Source: a virus | Lineage: Duplodnaviria > Caudoviricetes | DNA: 55,516 nucleotides | Strand: one strand, 5' to 3' | IMG/VR virus record: IMGVR_UViG_3300035703_000121 | Coordinates: 1-55,516 of that record | Shown: positions 35,802 to 44,120 of the stretch, piece by piece | How positions within the stretch are numbered: position 1 is the first letter of the stretch | How the letters are laid out: every line of letters starts with the position of its first letter | Translations under genes and position numbers: made by a program | The notes under the pieces: model-generated | The model's database searches: none | What the model was told of the DNA's origin: nothing | What the model saw: the letters and a program-made list of their open reading frames with translations, nothing else

Positions 35802-37100
35802 TTATGCAGTCATAAAGTTGTTTTTAGCAAACGCTTTAGGGTTTGCAATTTGAACATCAGCTTCCATGTTAATAATTAAATTAACTGAAGCAGCTGAAGC
35901 AGCGGCAGTAGAACCTGAATCCACAACAATTTCAATTCCACCCCAAACACCTACATACAACTGAGAGAAATCACCAAAAATAATTGGGAAAGTATCAGGA
36001 GTACCAGCGATCTTTTTAACTAAAGAAGTCGATACTGTAGGATAACCATCAATAAGATTGTTTTGCATAATAGCACCACCCATATCAGTTCCTTTGGAAA
36101 CCGTTTTAAGTTTTGCTTTCAATTTAGGATTACACAAATATCCCATTGAGATTTCTGTAGAATCAGCATCTTCAACCAAACCTTGTAGCTCAACAATATT
36201 TGCATAAGTCGGAGCACCGGCAGAAGTTTGATTAGCAGAAGCAGAAACACCGGAAATATTTAAAATACCAACAGGCTCATTATTTACAGACAAACCTTGA
36301 ATTGCCGCACTTTCTAAAGCTCTACGAATACCATTCTGCAATCTCATTCTAATAGCATTTTCTACATCAATAGAAGATTGCATGATAAGCTTACGTGTAA
36401 TAGAAACTAAAGCACCAACTCTTTTTGGAGAAAGCTTAGGACCAACAAATTTTTGTTTTTGACCGCTTAAAGACTCCCCTTCTTCCAACCATTCAAATGT
36501 ATAATTTGAAGATACAGGCAAAGGAATATCGCCACCGGTTAAACCAGTCCAAACGTTAGCACCTAATTCTTCCAAAAATAATTTTGGCATGAATCCTTCA
36601 ACCAATACCGGTGAACCATCAACAACTAATTGACCACCATATTCACCATCATCCTGGGTAACAGTTTGCTGAGCCGCACGCGACATAAAACTTTCAGGAA
36701 CGTAAACAGCATTTGGATTTACTTCCAAACCGCGTGATTCACGCTCAGCAATAGCTAATTCCTGAGCTTCTTTTTCAGCACCGGTTAATTTACCACCAAG
36801 AACACCTCTTAAGTGAGCAGCTAAAGAGTAAGTTCTTTTTTGCTTACCACTTCTTTTTTTGTTTTGATCTTGGTTTTCTAAAAGCGGATCACCACCTTCT
36901 AACGAACGAAGATTTTCTTCATAAGCTACAGCATCGGCGATTTGACCGTTTAAACCTTCGATTTCACTTTGCAGCGTTCTGAACTGCGAAGTTTCTTCTT
37001 CGGTTAAATTTCTTTTTTCGGCTTCAGCGGTTGCGTGAAGCGCTCTTTGAGCTTCAATCTTAGAAGCTCTCAACTGCTTTAATTGTGCGGATTTTTTCAT
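35802..37100 (-). CDS. HK97-fold major capsid protein
   Basis: N-terminal coiled delta domain; GGQLV, LSPKR, EPVGILN, FGDFSQL. Confidence 0.92.
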   Translation of the reverse strand: MKKSAQLKQLRASKIEAQRALHATAEAEKRNLTEEETSQFRTLQSEIEGLNGQIADAVAYEENLRSLEGGDPLLENQDQNKKRSGKQKRTYSLAAHLRGVLGGKLTGAEKEAQELAIAERESRGLEVNPNAVYVPESFMSRAAQQTVTQDDGEYGGQLVVDGSPVLVEGFMPKLFLEELGANVWTGLTGGDIPLPVSSNYTFEWLEEGESLSGQKQKFVGPKLSPKRVGALVSITRKLIMQSSIDVENAIRMRLQNGIRRALESAAIQGLSVNNEPVGILNISGVSASANQTSAGAPTYANIVELQGLVEDADSTEISMGYLCNPKLKAKLKTVSKGTDMGGAIMQNNLIDGYPTVSTSLVKKIAGTPDTFPIIFGDFSQLYVGVWGGIEIVVDSGSTAAASAASVNLIINMEADVQIANPKAFAKNNFMTA

Positions 37101-37106
37101 TTCCTT

Positions 37107-37730
37107 TTACAAATTTTGATTAATAAATAATTGAGCCTCAAAAGCACTGAGCTCTTTTTCGTTGCGAGTTTGCTCGGTTGTATTTTCTGTGGAAGATTTT
37201 TTTAAATCTTCGCGGATTTCTGCAATAGTTTCGGCGCTGCGTTTAAGCGCATCCGGGTTGGAACCAATAGGCACAATGGACCATTCGTATAACTCGGTTC
37301 GGGTGAAATAGATCACACCAGGGTTTTCCCCTGCCTGAGCATCGCCATAACGCCACTCTTTTACGTTGGCGCCTACCGATGCCATGCGCAATGTTCCGGC
37401 TTGTACTTTTTTCCAAATGGTATCGGCCGTAGGGTTAACATCGGCTTCTTCAAAGCGAACTTTACCAATAAGCTGATTGCCTTCGACACGAACCTCACTG
37501 GTTCCGATAATCATATCAGGGTTATCGCTCCAGGTACGGTGGCCGTATGCTACAATAGGGTTATTGTTGTATCGGGTTAAATCCCAACCATCAATTTTAA
37601 AAACGGTGTCGTAAGTATCGACCGCTTCGGTAGAAATCACAAATTCAGCTTCGCGATTCTTAATATTTTCATCGGTAAGCGCACGTATAACCGCTTCACG
37701 AATAACACTTTTAGGCGCTGTTCTTTCCAT
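37107..37730 (-). CDS. HK97-family prohead protease
   Basis: NPIVAYGH, ASVG, LYEWSIVPIGSNPDA. Confidence 0.88.
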   Translation of the reverse strand: MERTAPKSVIREAVIRALTDENIKNREAEFVISTEAVDTYDTVFKIDGWDLTRYNNNPIVAYGHRTWSDNPDMIIGTSEVRVEGNQLIGKVRFEEADVNPTADTIWKKVQAGTLRMASVGANVKEWRYGDAQAGENPGVIYFTRTELYEWSIVPIGSNPDALKRSAETIAEIREDLKKSSTENTTEQTRNEKELSAFEAQLFINQNL

Positions 37731-38949
37731 TTCCTTGCTTTTTAATATTAGCTTCTAATTGTTTTTCGGTGTAAGTATTGGTTGGTGTTAGGTATTCATC
37801 TAACAATTTTGGCCCGGCATTCATTTCTTCTAAAGCGCGGCCTTCATTTCGATTCATCAATCCGTAGTACACTGCTTTTCCGATGTACTCGATTCGGGTG
37901 CGCATATCGGCACGAACCAAAACGTTTAGATTACCTCGGATGAAGTATTCTTTAACTTTGTCGGCATCGGTAAATAGTTTGAATTGTAACTCCTGTTCGA
38001 AGTTGGTGCAATGCGGCTGAATAGTATCGGAAACGTGATCTAAAGATTGTTGCTCGATATTATTATTGGTGGATTGCTTTAATGATTTGATTTTGTGCAG
38101 CGCAATGTTAAACCAACGCGCGATATCTTCGATAGTTACTTGGTTTAATTCTACGATTTGCGCTTCTTCTGGTGTTATCGATATAGAATTAAAAGTCATT
38201 CCTTCATCGAGAACTGTAACCCTATCCGGTGACTTTTCGGCCATTGCATTTTTAAAGGCGGTAACAATTGCTTTTTTAGCTGCCGGATTTGTTGTTTTAT
38301 CGGTAGTAATAATACCCTGGCGAACTCCTTTGTTTTCCAAAACGGTTTGGGTGTAATCTTGCAACTCTAAAGCAATATTCATTTGCTGTGCTGCATAGCT
38401 TATTACCGAAACACCTACTAAGCCGTTAAGCGAAAAAAGCTTGATGTGAATTACCTCGGAAGCCAATAACGGTTTTCTGTAGCCTTTGATGTAGTAAAGC
38501 ACTTCGGCACCGTTTTTCTTTACATCGGTAACATCATCCCATTTTACAAAAACAAGCTCTACCGGAATGCCACGCGAATCGGTTTTGATTACCGATAAAC
38601 CGTTACCGCGCAATAAGGCAGAAGTCCACATGGTTTTTTTCCAGGTGAACGGTGTCATGTGCGCATTTGGGCGATCATTAAGGAGTTTGTGAACGTAGTG
38701 GGATTTATCTTTTACGCTGTTGCCATCTTGTTTGTAGTAAACGAAAAAAGGGATTTTAGCCAAATCGTTGCTGATTTGCTCTACAGCGTTATAAACCGCG
38801 GAAAGTTTTAAAGAGTTTTTATAGTTTGAAGGTGAAGTTTTTGCACCAACACCGCCGGAACCAAAAGAGAAAACACCATCGAACAGACTGCCGCCCTGGT
38901 AATTACGATTTGTGCCGGAAAACGTTGATTTAAAGACCTTATCAAACAT
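37711..38949 (-). CDS. HK97-family portal protein
   Basis: AVYNAV..IS..LA, PNAHMT, LRGN, EVIHIK, IARWFNI, NEGRALE. Confidence 0.92.
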   Translation of the reverse strand: MFDKVFKSTFSGTNRNYQGGSLFDGVFSFGSGGVGAKTSPSNYKNSLKLSAVYNAVEQISNDLAKIPFFVYYKQDGNSVKDKSHYVHKLLNDRPNAHMTPFTWKKTMWTSALLRGNGLSVIKTDSRGIPVELVFVKWDDVTDVKKNGAEVLYYIKGYRKPLLASEVIHIKLFSLNGLVGVSVISYAAQQMNIALELQDYTQTVLENKGVRQGIITTDKTTNPAAKKAIVTAFKNAMAEKSPDRVTVLDEGMTFNSISITPEEAQIVELNQVTIEDIARWFNIALHKIKSLKQSTNNNIEQQSLDHVSDTIQPHCTNFEQELQFKLFTDADKVKEYFIRGNLNVLVRADMRTRIEYIGKAVYYGLMNRNEGRALEEMNAGPKLLDEYLTPTNTYTEKQLEANIKKQGNGKNSA

Positions 38950-38968
38950 GATATACTTTTTAACAATG

Positions 38969-39016
38969 TAAAAGTATAATGGCTGAAAGGTATAATTGCG
39001 GACGTTTTGTCCGTTT
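38969..39016 (-). promoter_or_regulatory. Late promoter motif copy 2 (portal/head operon)
   Basis: AAACGGACAAAACGTCCGCAA-N19-TACTTTTA. Confidence 0.7.
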
Positions 39017-39120
39017 TTAATTTAATGTAGAAAACCACGAAAACGAAAATACAGCCGCTTTTGTTTATAAGTAAAGTTGTTTTCCTGGAAATTAAAAGTT
39101 ATGTTTGTAACAGACGTAAA

Positions 39121-39324
39121 ATAAAAAACCGAAGGTGCGAACTTCGGTCTTTCTAAATTTTCTGTCTTATGTCCTACATCAAATCACTGATGAAGAAGTT
39201 TAAATCTTTTGAGTTTACTCTATTGAGTATTCGAATTAAGAAGTAAACTTTGGGAGAAAGTCTAACGGGATGTAGACGCTCCACCGGTTTTAAAAGCCCT
39301 TTGTTACAGCAAAGGGTTTTTTAT
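39121..39324 (-). ncRNA. Candidate antisense RNA
   Basis: Minus-strand TATATTTG at 39330-39337; minus-strand terminator at 39121-39152. Confidence 0.4.
39169..39246 (+). CDS. 25-aa basic peptide MSYIKSLMKKFKSFEFTLLSIRIKK (candidate type I toxin)
   Basis: Lies between TATGTTTG promoter (39100-39107) and terminator (39292-39323). Confidence 0.4.
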   Translation: MSYIKSLMKKFKSFEFTLLSIRIKK

Positions 39325-39385
39325 TTTTACAAATATAGTAATAAAAATAATACCACGTGCACCGAGTTAATTTTTTTTTGGCAAT

Positions 39386-39468
39386 AAAAAAAGCCTACCA
39401 AGCGGCAGGCTTTTTTTCGAAGTTTTAAACATTACCTAAATCATTTACATGAAAAAAATACAGAACGT
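39386..39468 (-). ncRNA. Candidate ~80-nt late sRNA
   Basis: Promoter copy 3 followed by a terminator, with no minus-strand ORF between them. Confidence 0.4.
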
Positions 39469-39473
39469 GAGTA

Positions 39474-39521
39474 CAATAATAGGCAATGATGTTTATTTAT
39501 TTGCGGACGTTTTGTCCGTTT
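39474..39521 (-). promoter_or_regulatory. Late promoter motif copy 3
   Basis: AAACGGACAAAACGTCCGCAA-N19-TATTATTG. Confidence 0.6.
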
Positions 39522-39939
39522 GTTCTAAATGATTAAAAAGACCAATAGGAGTTGATGATGGCTGCGCAGTCAAAGATTTTATATACTGCTCATTCATTTT
39601 TTGAAAATCAGAATCTATTTTTTTAGCAATTAACTTTCTTGATTGATTTTCAATTGATTCTAATGAATTAGGATTAAAATCCACTTTGTAATTTTGCCCA
39701 TCATATACATGATTAATTACACCAATTTCAAGACCATTGACAGTTAAAATAAATGAATTAAAAGAACCTGGGATTACTTTTTTATCATAAGCCTTGCAAT
39801 ATTTCCCAAAATATTCATTTAAAACTTTATTAATTAATTTTTCTTCTAATTCAATAATTGATTCTAACACTTTAGAATCCATTTCTTTAAAAGAAAAATC
39901 AATATTAAGTTTGTTTTTTACAAATTTAGGATCACTCAT
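39493..39939 (-). CDS. AT-rich hypothetical protein
   Basis: 148 aa ORF. Confidence 0.55.
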   Translation of the reverse strand: MSDPKFVKNKLNIDFSFKEMDSKVLESIIELEEKLINKVLNEYFGKYCKAYDKKVIPGSFNSFILTVNGLEIGVINHVYDGQNYKVDFNPNSLESIENQSRKLIAKKIDSDFQKMNEQYIKSLTAQPSSTPIGLFNHLEQTDKTSANK

Positions 39940-40120
39940 TTTCTTTCAAATTTTTAACTTCAAACTTTACCCAAAAAAAGCCTGAAAGCAGTTCGACAAT
40001 TATTAAAATTACAACCAAGGCATAGCGCACAGGGTTGAAGGCTATAAAACTCCAGGAAAGCAATAAGGATGTAAGCATAGCCAAGACAAAGGTAAACAAG
40101 ATTATAAAAGGTATTTTCAT
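39932..40120 (-). CDS. Small 2-TM membrane protein
   Basis: Two hydrophobic segments. Confidence 0.6.
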   Translation of the reverse strand: MKIPFIILFTFVLAMLTSLLLSWSFIAFNPVRYALVVILIIVELLSGFFWVKFEVKNLKENE

Positions 40121-40398
40121 TTTTTTTGATTTTGATAGTAACGTTTCAGTGATTTTCGGAAAGCTTCGTTATTGGTAAACATAAATTTACCAAATAAATC
40201 GAAGTATGTGTTGTTAACCTGGTGAAAGGCATCTTCGTTGGTTTTTGCTATTGGCAGCAGTTTAAAATAGTGATCAAAGAAACCTTTTCGGGTTCCGAGT
40301 TGCTTCATTAGTTCATTTTCGCGGCGTAGTTTTTCGATTTCAAGGCGTAAGGCGTTTTCTTCGTTGGGCGTCATAAATTGGGCGGTTTTGGTTAGCAA
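40117..40398 (-). CDS. Hypothetical protein after TerL (candidate late regulator)
   Basis: Small basic helical ORF overlapping terL; regulatory role is inference. Confidence 0.55.
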   Translation of the reverse strand: MLTKTAQFMTPNEENALRLEIEKLRRENELMKQLGTRKGFFDHYFKLLPIAKTNEDAFHQVNNTYFDLFGKFMFTNNEAFRKSLKRYYQNQKK

Positions 40399-42140
40399 TA
40401 AAATTCTTCATCGGGATTGTTGTATATACTTTCGTTAGTTTCTTCATCGGGAGATAAAACACCGGCCAAGGCATTAATTAAAGCTGCAATTCCATCGATT
40501 CTTTTGCCGTGCTTATGACTTGCGCCTTTACTGATCATAATGTTACCCTTACTATCTTCGATAACGACACACCCGGAAAGCATCCAGGCCATTACCGGAT
40601 TGTTATCGTGTTTTATTTTGCCTTCGTAAATTAATTTTTCCAACATTTTTGTTGGGAAGTTGAGCACCGGCATTGTTTGCTGAAGCTCGGAAACCTTAAC
40701 ACCGGCTTCTTCCATACGAGGTGTAAGGCCACGCGCATTCCACGGATCTACTTCGACACGCTGAATGTTTAAAAAACTGTAACGCGATGCAATAAAATCC
40801 AAAATATAATCGTGATCCACACGGTTGCCGGGCGTTGCTATCATATAGCCATTATCTACCCAGTAACGGTATGGCACACCATCGTTTCGGCTGCGTTTAT
40901 CGATATTATCTTCCGGGCAAAACAGAAATGGTTTTACATAGTAAAAGCCTTCTTTATCGGCTTCAGATAGCAGCACAAAAGCTGTAATATCTGTAGTACT
41001 GGATAAATCTAAACCGCCATAACAACCTAATTCTGTGAATATTGATAACGGAATTTCTTTCAAATTATTGCATAATTTAGTAGGATTTTTATTGATATCG
41101 TTTTGCATCCAAATTTCGTTTGGAATCCAAACTTCGAGCGCATCTACCCACATATTTAAGTGCTTGGTTTTGAAGTTTGGTATTTTAGATGGCTGATTGA
41201 TTGCCTTGGTATATTCCACCCGAATACCATCGATTGAAAGACCGTTACCCAAAAGCGGATTGGCCTTGTACCAAACGGATTCATCCTGCCAATCATCGCC
41301 TTCATCAAGATCATGAATCATTATCCAAAGGGCATTATCTACCTTGCGACCTTCGAGCACTTCGATAACGCTATCTTCATAGTTTTTGCAAACGCTCATG
41401 GTAGCGGCACCGGCCGTAGTAATGTGATAGGTTAACGGCTGCAAACGGCTTACGGATGATGATTCGAGGTTTTCCTTTACGGTATCATCGCGGTGGGCGT
41501 GATATTCATCGATGATAGAAAATTGGGCGTTGATTCCATCCTGGGTTTTACTATCGCCACCCAAAGGCATCATTTTACCGCCGGAGCGATGGAAGTGAAT
41601 TACTTTTTGGTGTTTTTCGAACCTTAATCGGCGCAGCAACGGATTTGCGACCGGCGATTCGATAAAAGATGCTGCCTGACTAAAGCAAAGCTTTGCCTGT
41701 TCTTCTTTGGTTGCTCCTACATAGACTTCGGCTTCCATTTCGCCATCGAGCGACATCATGTAGAGTGCCAATCCGGCCATTTCTGCCGTTTTACCGTTTT
41801 TCTTGGCACGTTTGTCGTACACGGTGCGAATGCGGCGCGTGCCATCGGGATTTTTCCATCCAAATATGTTGTAAATGGTGAATTGTTGGAACGGCGCCAG
41901 GTTAAATGGTTTGCCGGCCATTTTTCCTTTGGTGTGGTTTAAAAAATCAGGGAAGAAATCTACTGCAAACATTCCTTCGCGATGGTTTAAGGTGTAACCG
42001 GAAGCTTCGGCAGTTTCTATCCAGGTGTAAAAACGTTCTACAGCTTGGCGAATGCGTTTTCCCACCAATATTTTACCGCTACGCACGTTGGCAGCGTATT
42101 GGAAGGGAACGGATTGAAGCATTTCTTTGGTTGGGCGCAT
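40392..42140 (-). CDS. terL: Terminase large subunit
   Basis: AKKNGKT, IIDEYH, ITTAG, KANP, GLDLS, RIDG. Confidence 0.95.
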   Translation of the reverse strand: MRPTKEMLQSVPFQYAANVRSGKILVGKRIRQAVERFYTWIETAEASGYTLNHREGMFAVDFFPDFLNHTKGKMAGKPFNLAPFQQFTIYNIFGWKNPDGTRRIRTVYDKRAKKNGKTAEMAGLALYMMSLDGEMEAEVYVGATKEEQAKLCFSQAASFIESPVANPLLRRLRFEKHQKVIHFHRSGGKMMPLGGDSKTQDGINAQFSIIDEYHAHRDDTVKENLESSSVSRLQPLTYHITTAGAATMSVCKNYEDSVIEVLEGRKVDNALWIMIHDLDEGDDWQDESVWYKANPLLGNGLSIDGIRVEYTKAINQPSKIPNFKTKHLNMWVDALEVWIPNEIWMQNDINKNPTKLCNNLKEIPLSIFTELGCYGGLDLSSTTDITAFVLLSEADKEGFYYVKPFLFCPEDNIDKRSRNDGVPYRYWVDNGYMIATPGNRVDHDYILDFIASRYSFLNIQRVEVDPWNARGLTPRMEEAGVKVSELQQTMPVLNFPTKMLEKLIYEGKIKHDNNPVMAWMLSGCVVIEDSKGNIMISKGASHKHGKRIDGIAALINALAGVLSPDEETNESIYNNPDEEFYC

Positions 42141-42148
42141 AGGGTTAA

Positions 42149-42394
42149 TTATAATTTTGATTCATCATTCAATTCTTTGGAATTATTTAGCATATATTCA
42201 CTTAATTTTGAATACGCCTCTTGGGTATTTTTAATATCAAAACCCCTAAACTTTACACGTGCCGGATAAACATTCTTAATTTCTTCATTTTCAATTTCAA
42301 ATACTAAAGCCCATCCGAAAATATGAAGTATTTGATTAATGATAAGAACTAAACCTGTACTTCTAAATTCTGACCATTCTTTTTTAGTTACCAT
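42149..42394 (-). CDS. Hypothetical protein
   Basis: NQILHIFGWA..YPARVKFRGF. Confidence 0.65.
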   Translation of the reverse strand: MVTKKEWSEFRSTGLVLIINQILHIFGWALVFEIENEEIKNVYPARVKFRGFDIKNTQEAYSKLSEYMLNNSKELNDESKL

Positions 42395-42563
42395 AATTTT
42401 TATTTTTTACTGTTGTTAATTGGCCCATATTTTTGTTTACTCCGGCGCGAAGATTTGCTACATCCTGTTCAGTCCATCGGCTTAAAGGTTTTAACCATAG
42501 GTAGTGTTTACGGTTGGTGTTTAGTAGCTGCTGCGCTTCTTGTTTTGAAATTAGTACTTCCAT
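42384..42563 (-). CDS. 59-aa protein (not in ORF track)
   Basis: MEVLISKQEAQQLLNTNRKHYLWLKPLSRWTEQD...; resembles the C-terminus of 6008-6385. Confidence 0.6.
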   Translation of the reverse strand: MEVLISKQEAQQLLNTNRKHYLWLKPLSRWTEQDVANLRAGVNKNMGQLTTVKNKNYGN

Positions 42564-42565
42564 AG

Positions 42566-43396
42566 CTAAAGCGATATTGAGTTTAACGGTGATTTTACTT
42601 TGCTAATGATAGCATCGGAAATGTGCGTGTACACCATAGTGGTTTTTACATTGCTGTGGCCGGCTAATTTTTGGATGATGTTGATATCGATTCCATTTTC
42701 GACCATGTGGGTAAAACAGTTGTGGCGCATTAGGTGCGTGTACACTCGTTTTTTGATTCCGGCTTTGTCTGCCAATTGTTTCATTACTTGACCGATGCTT
42801 CGGGATGAATACTGATCTGTAAATTGGCCGCCTAAAATGTATGTTTTGGTTTTGTAGGCGTACCAATATCTTTCGAGCAATTTAAGCAGCGGTTCCGGTA
42901 ACATTACTTGGCGGTCCTTTTTGCCTTTTCCGGCAATGATGTTGATTATCATTCGGCTTCTGTCGATATCGGACCAACGTAAGTTTATTACTTCGGAAAC
43001 TCGCAATCCGCAAGCGTAAAGTAACGCCAGGATAACTTTGTGCTTTAGGTTTTCGCATACATCAAACATAGCTTGTACTTCATCCTGGGAAAGTACTATT
43101 GGCAGTTTCTTTTCGGATTTTGGATAAGGTATTTTTGCCACTTTGTTAGGCATTTTTACGGTATGCTTGTAAAATGCATTCAATGCGCACAAACGATGTT
43201 TGCGGGTGTTGATTGTTTCAGCCTGAAGCAACCAAAGCTTTATTTTTTCGTTATCGATGGCTTTGGGTTCTTTCTCGGCTTTGAAGTGATTCAAAAAACA
43301 CCATACTTGCGAAGCATAGTTTTTTCGGGTTGCTTCGGAGTTGTAAATCAATTGAATATCAATCGAAAATTTTTGATGCCAGTTTAGAATATCCAT
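42566..43396 (-). CDS. IntI/XerD-like tyrosine recombinase (probable start MDILNW at 43396)
   Basis: KLPIVLSQDEV, YACGLRVSE, GKGKKDR, HLMRH, LAGHSNVKTTMVYTH. Confidence 0.9.
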   Translation of the reverse strand: MDILNWHQKFSIDIQLIYNSEATRKNYASQVWCFLNHFKAEKEPKAIDNEKIKLWLLQAETINTRKHRLCALNAFYKHTVKMPNKVAKIPYPKSEKKLPIVLSQDEVQAMFDVCENLKHKVILALLYACGLRVSEVINLRWSDIDRSRMIINIIAGKGKKDRQVMLPEPLLKLLERYWYAYKTKTYILGGQFTDQYSSRSIGQVMKQLADKAGIKKRVYTHLMRHNCFTHMVENGIDINIIQKLAGHSNVKTTMVYTHISDAIISKVKSPLNSISL

Positions 43397-43434
43397 AGTG
43401 TAATGTTTTGATTTTGTTGGTGGTTTTGATGGTG

Positions 43435-43463
43435 GGATACATATAGTAGTTATCTTCAATTGC
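43435..43463 (+). other. attI-like site / cassette left end (G|TTATCTTCAATTGC)
   Basis: GTT core just upstream of the recombinase; nearly complementary to 43976-43991. Confidence 0.6.
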
Positions 43464-43666
43464 TACGATTCATTTTCTAAATGACGTTTTTCTAATTGGT
43501 AATAAATATCAGCTATCATTTTAGGAGTTGTTTCTTTATCATACGCCATTGCTTCTCCACCGTGCAAAATGAATAGTTTTGATATTTTAAATAAGTGAAA
43601 AATAATTCCAATAATATTAAGCATTAAGAAAAATGGCAATCCGAGTATTCGTTTTAAGTATTTCAT
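43463..43666 (-). CDS. Cassette ORF 2, small membrane-associated protein
   Basis: 67 aa with hydrophobic N-terminus. Confidence 0.6.
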   Translation of the reverse strand: MKYLKRILGLPFFLMLNIIGIIFHLFKISKLFILHGGEAMAYDKETTPKMIADIYYQLEKRHLENES

Positions 43667-43956
43667 TTGTTTATTTCTTTTAAAATTTCTTCACTAAACT
43701 TATAAATAAGCTTTTTGTTTGTAAGGTATAAACTTCCAAAATCGCCACGTTTACGAAGTTCAACCATTCCTTTAGCACTTCTGATTTTATCTGCGAAATC
43801 AACCATATATTTAAAAGAAGTATCTTTTTCGTTTGGTAATCTTCCATCGTGCATAATTCTAAAAATCTCAACGCTAATCCAGTTATCAATTTGATTATTC
43901 CACTCTTTATGTGTTTCATCAATATTGTATTTTTTAAATAATTTTTCTTTTGTCAT
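43663..43956 (-). CDS. Cassette ORF 1 (probable start MTKEKLF at 43956)
   Basis: 97 aa; the longer ORF call runs into the attC hairpin. Confidence 0.65.
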   Translation of the reverse strand: MTKEKLFKKYNIDETHKEWNNQIDNWISVEIFRIMHDGRLPNEKDTSFKYMVDFADKIRSAKGMVELRKRGDFGSLYLTNKKLIYKFSEEILKEINK

Positions 43957-43984
43957 AAAATCTGTTTTAAAACCCGCAACTGAA

Positions 43985-44120
43985 AGATAACAGCGTCTAT
44001 AAAAAATGTCTATTTTGAGCACATTTGTAATCATCAGTATTTATTAGGTTTGTTAGTGTTTTATTTGTTATTATTGTCTTGTTTGGGCACGCCACTTCTT
44101 ATACACGCAAAACGTTATCC
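43985..44120 (+). other. attC-like recombination site (~136 bp)
   Basis: AGATAAC-A-GCGTCTATAAAAAATG ... CACTTCTTATACACGC-AAAAC-GTTATCC imperfect inverted repeat. Confidence 0.7.

Larger units (their letters stand above)
42566..44114. mobile_element. Mini-integron-like insertion (recombinase, attI-like site, one attC cassette)
   Basis: Bounded by G|CTA and G|TTA; complementary cassette core and inverse-core sites. Confidence 0.7.

Noticed and set aside
42566-43396. Third prophage integrase marking another prophage boundary
   Set aside because: Short XerD/IntI-type enzyme with no arm-binding domain or tRNA att core; terS and terL flank it as one continuous module.
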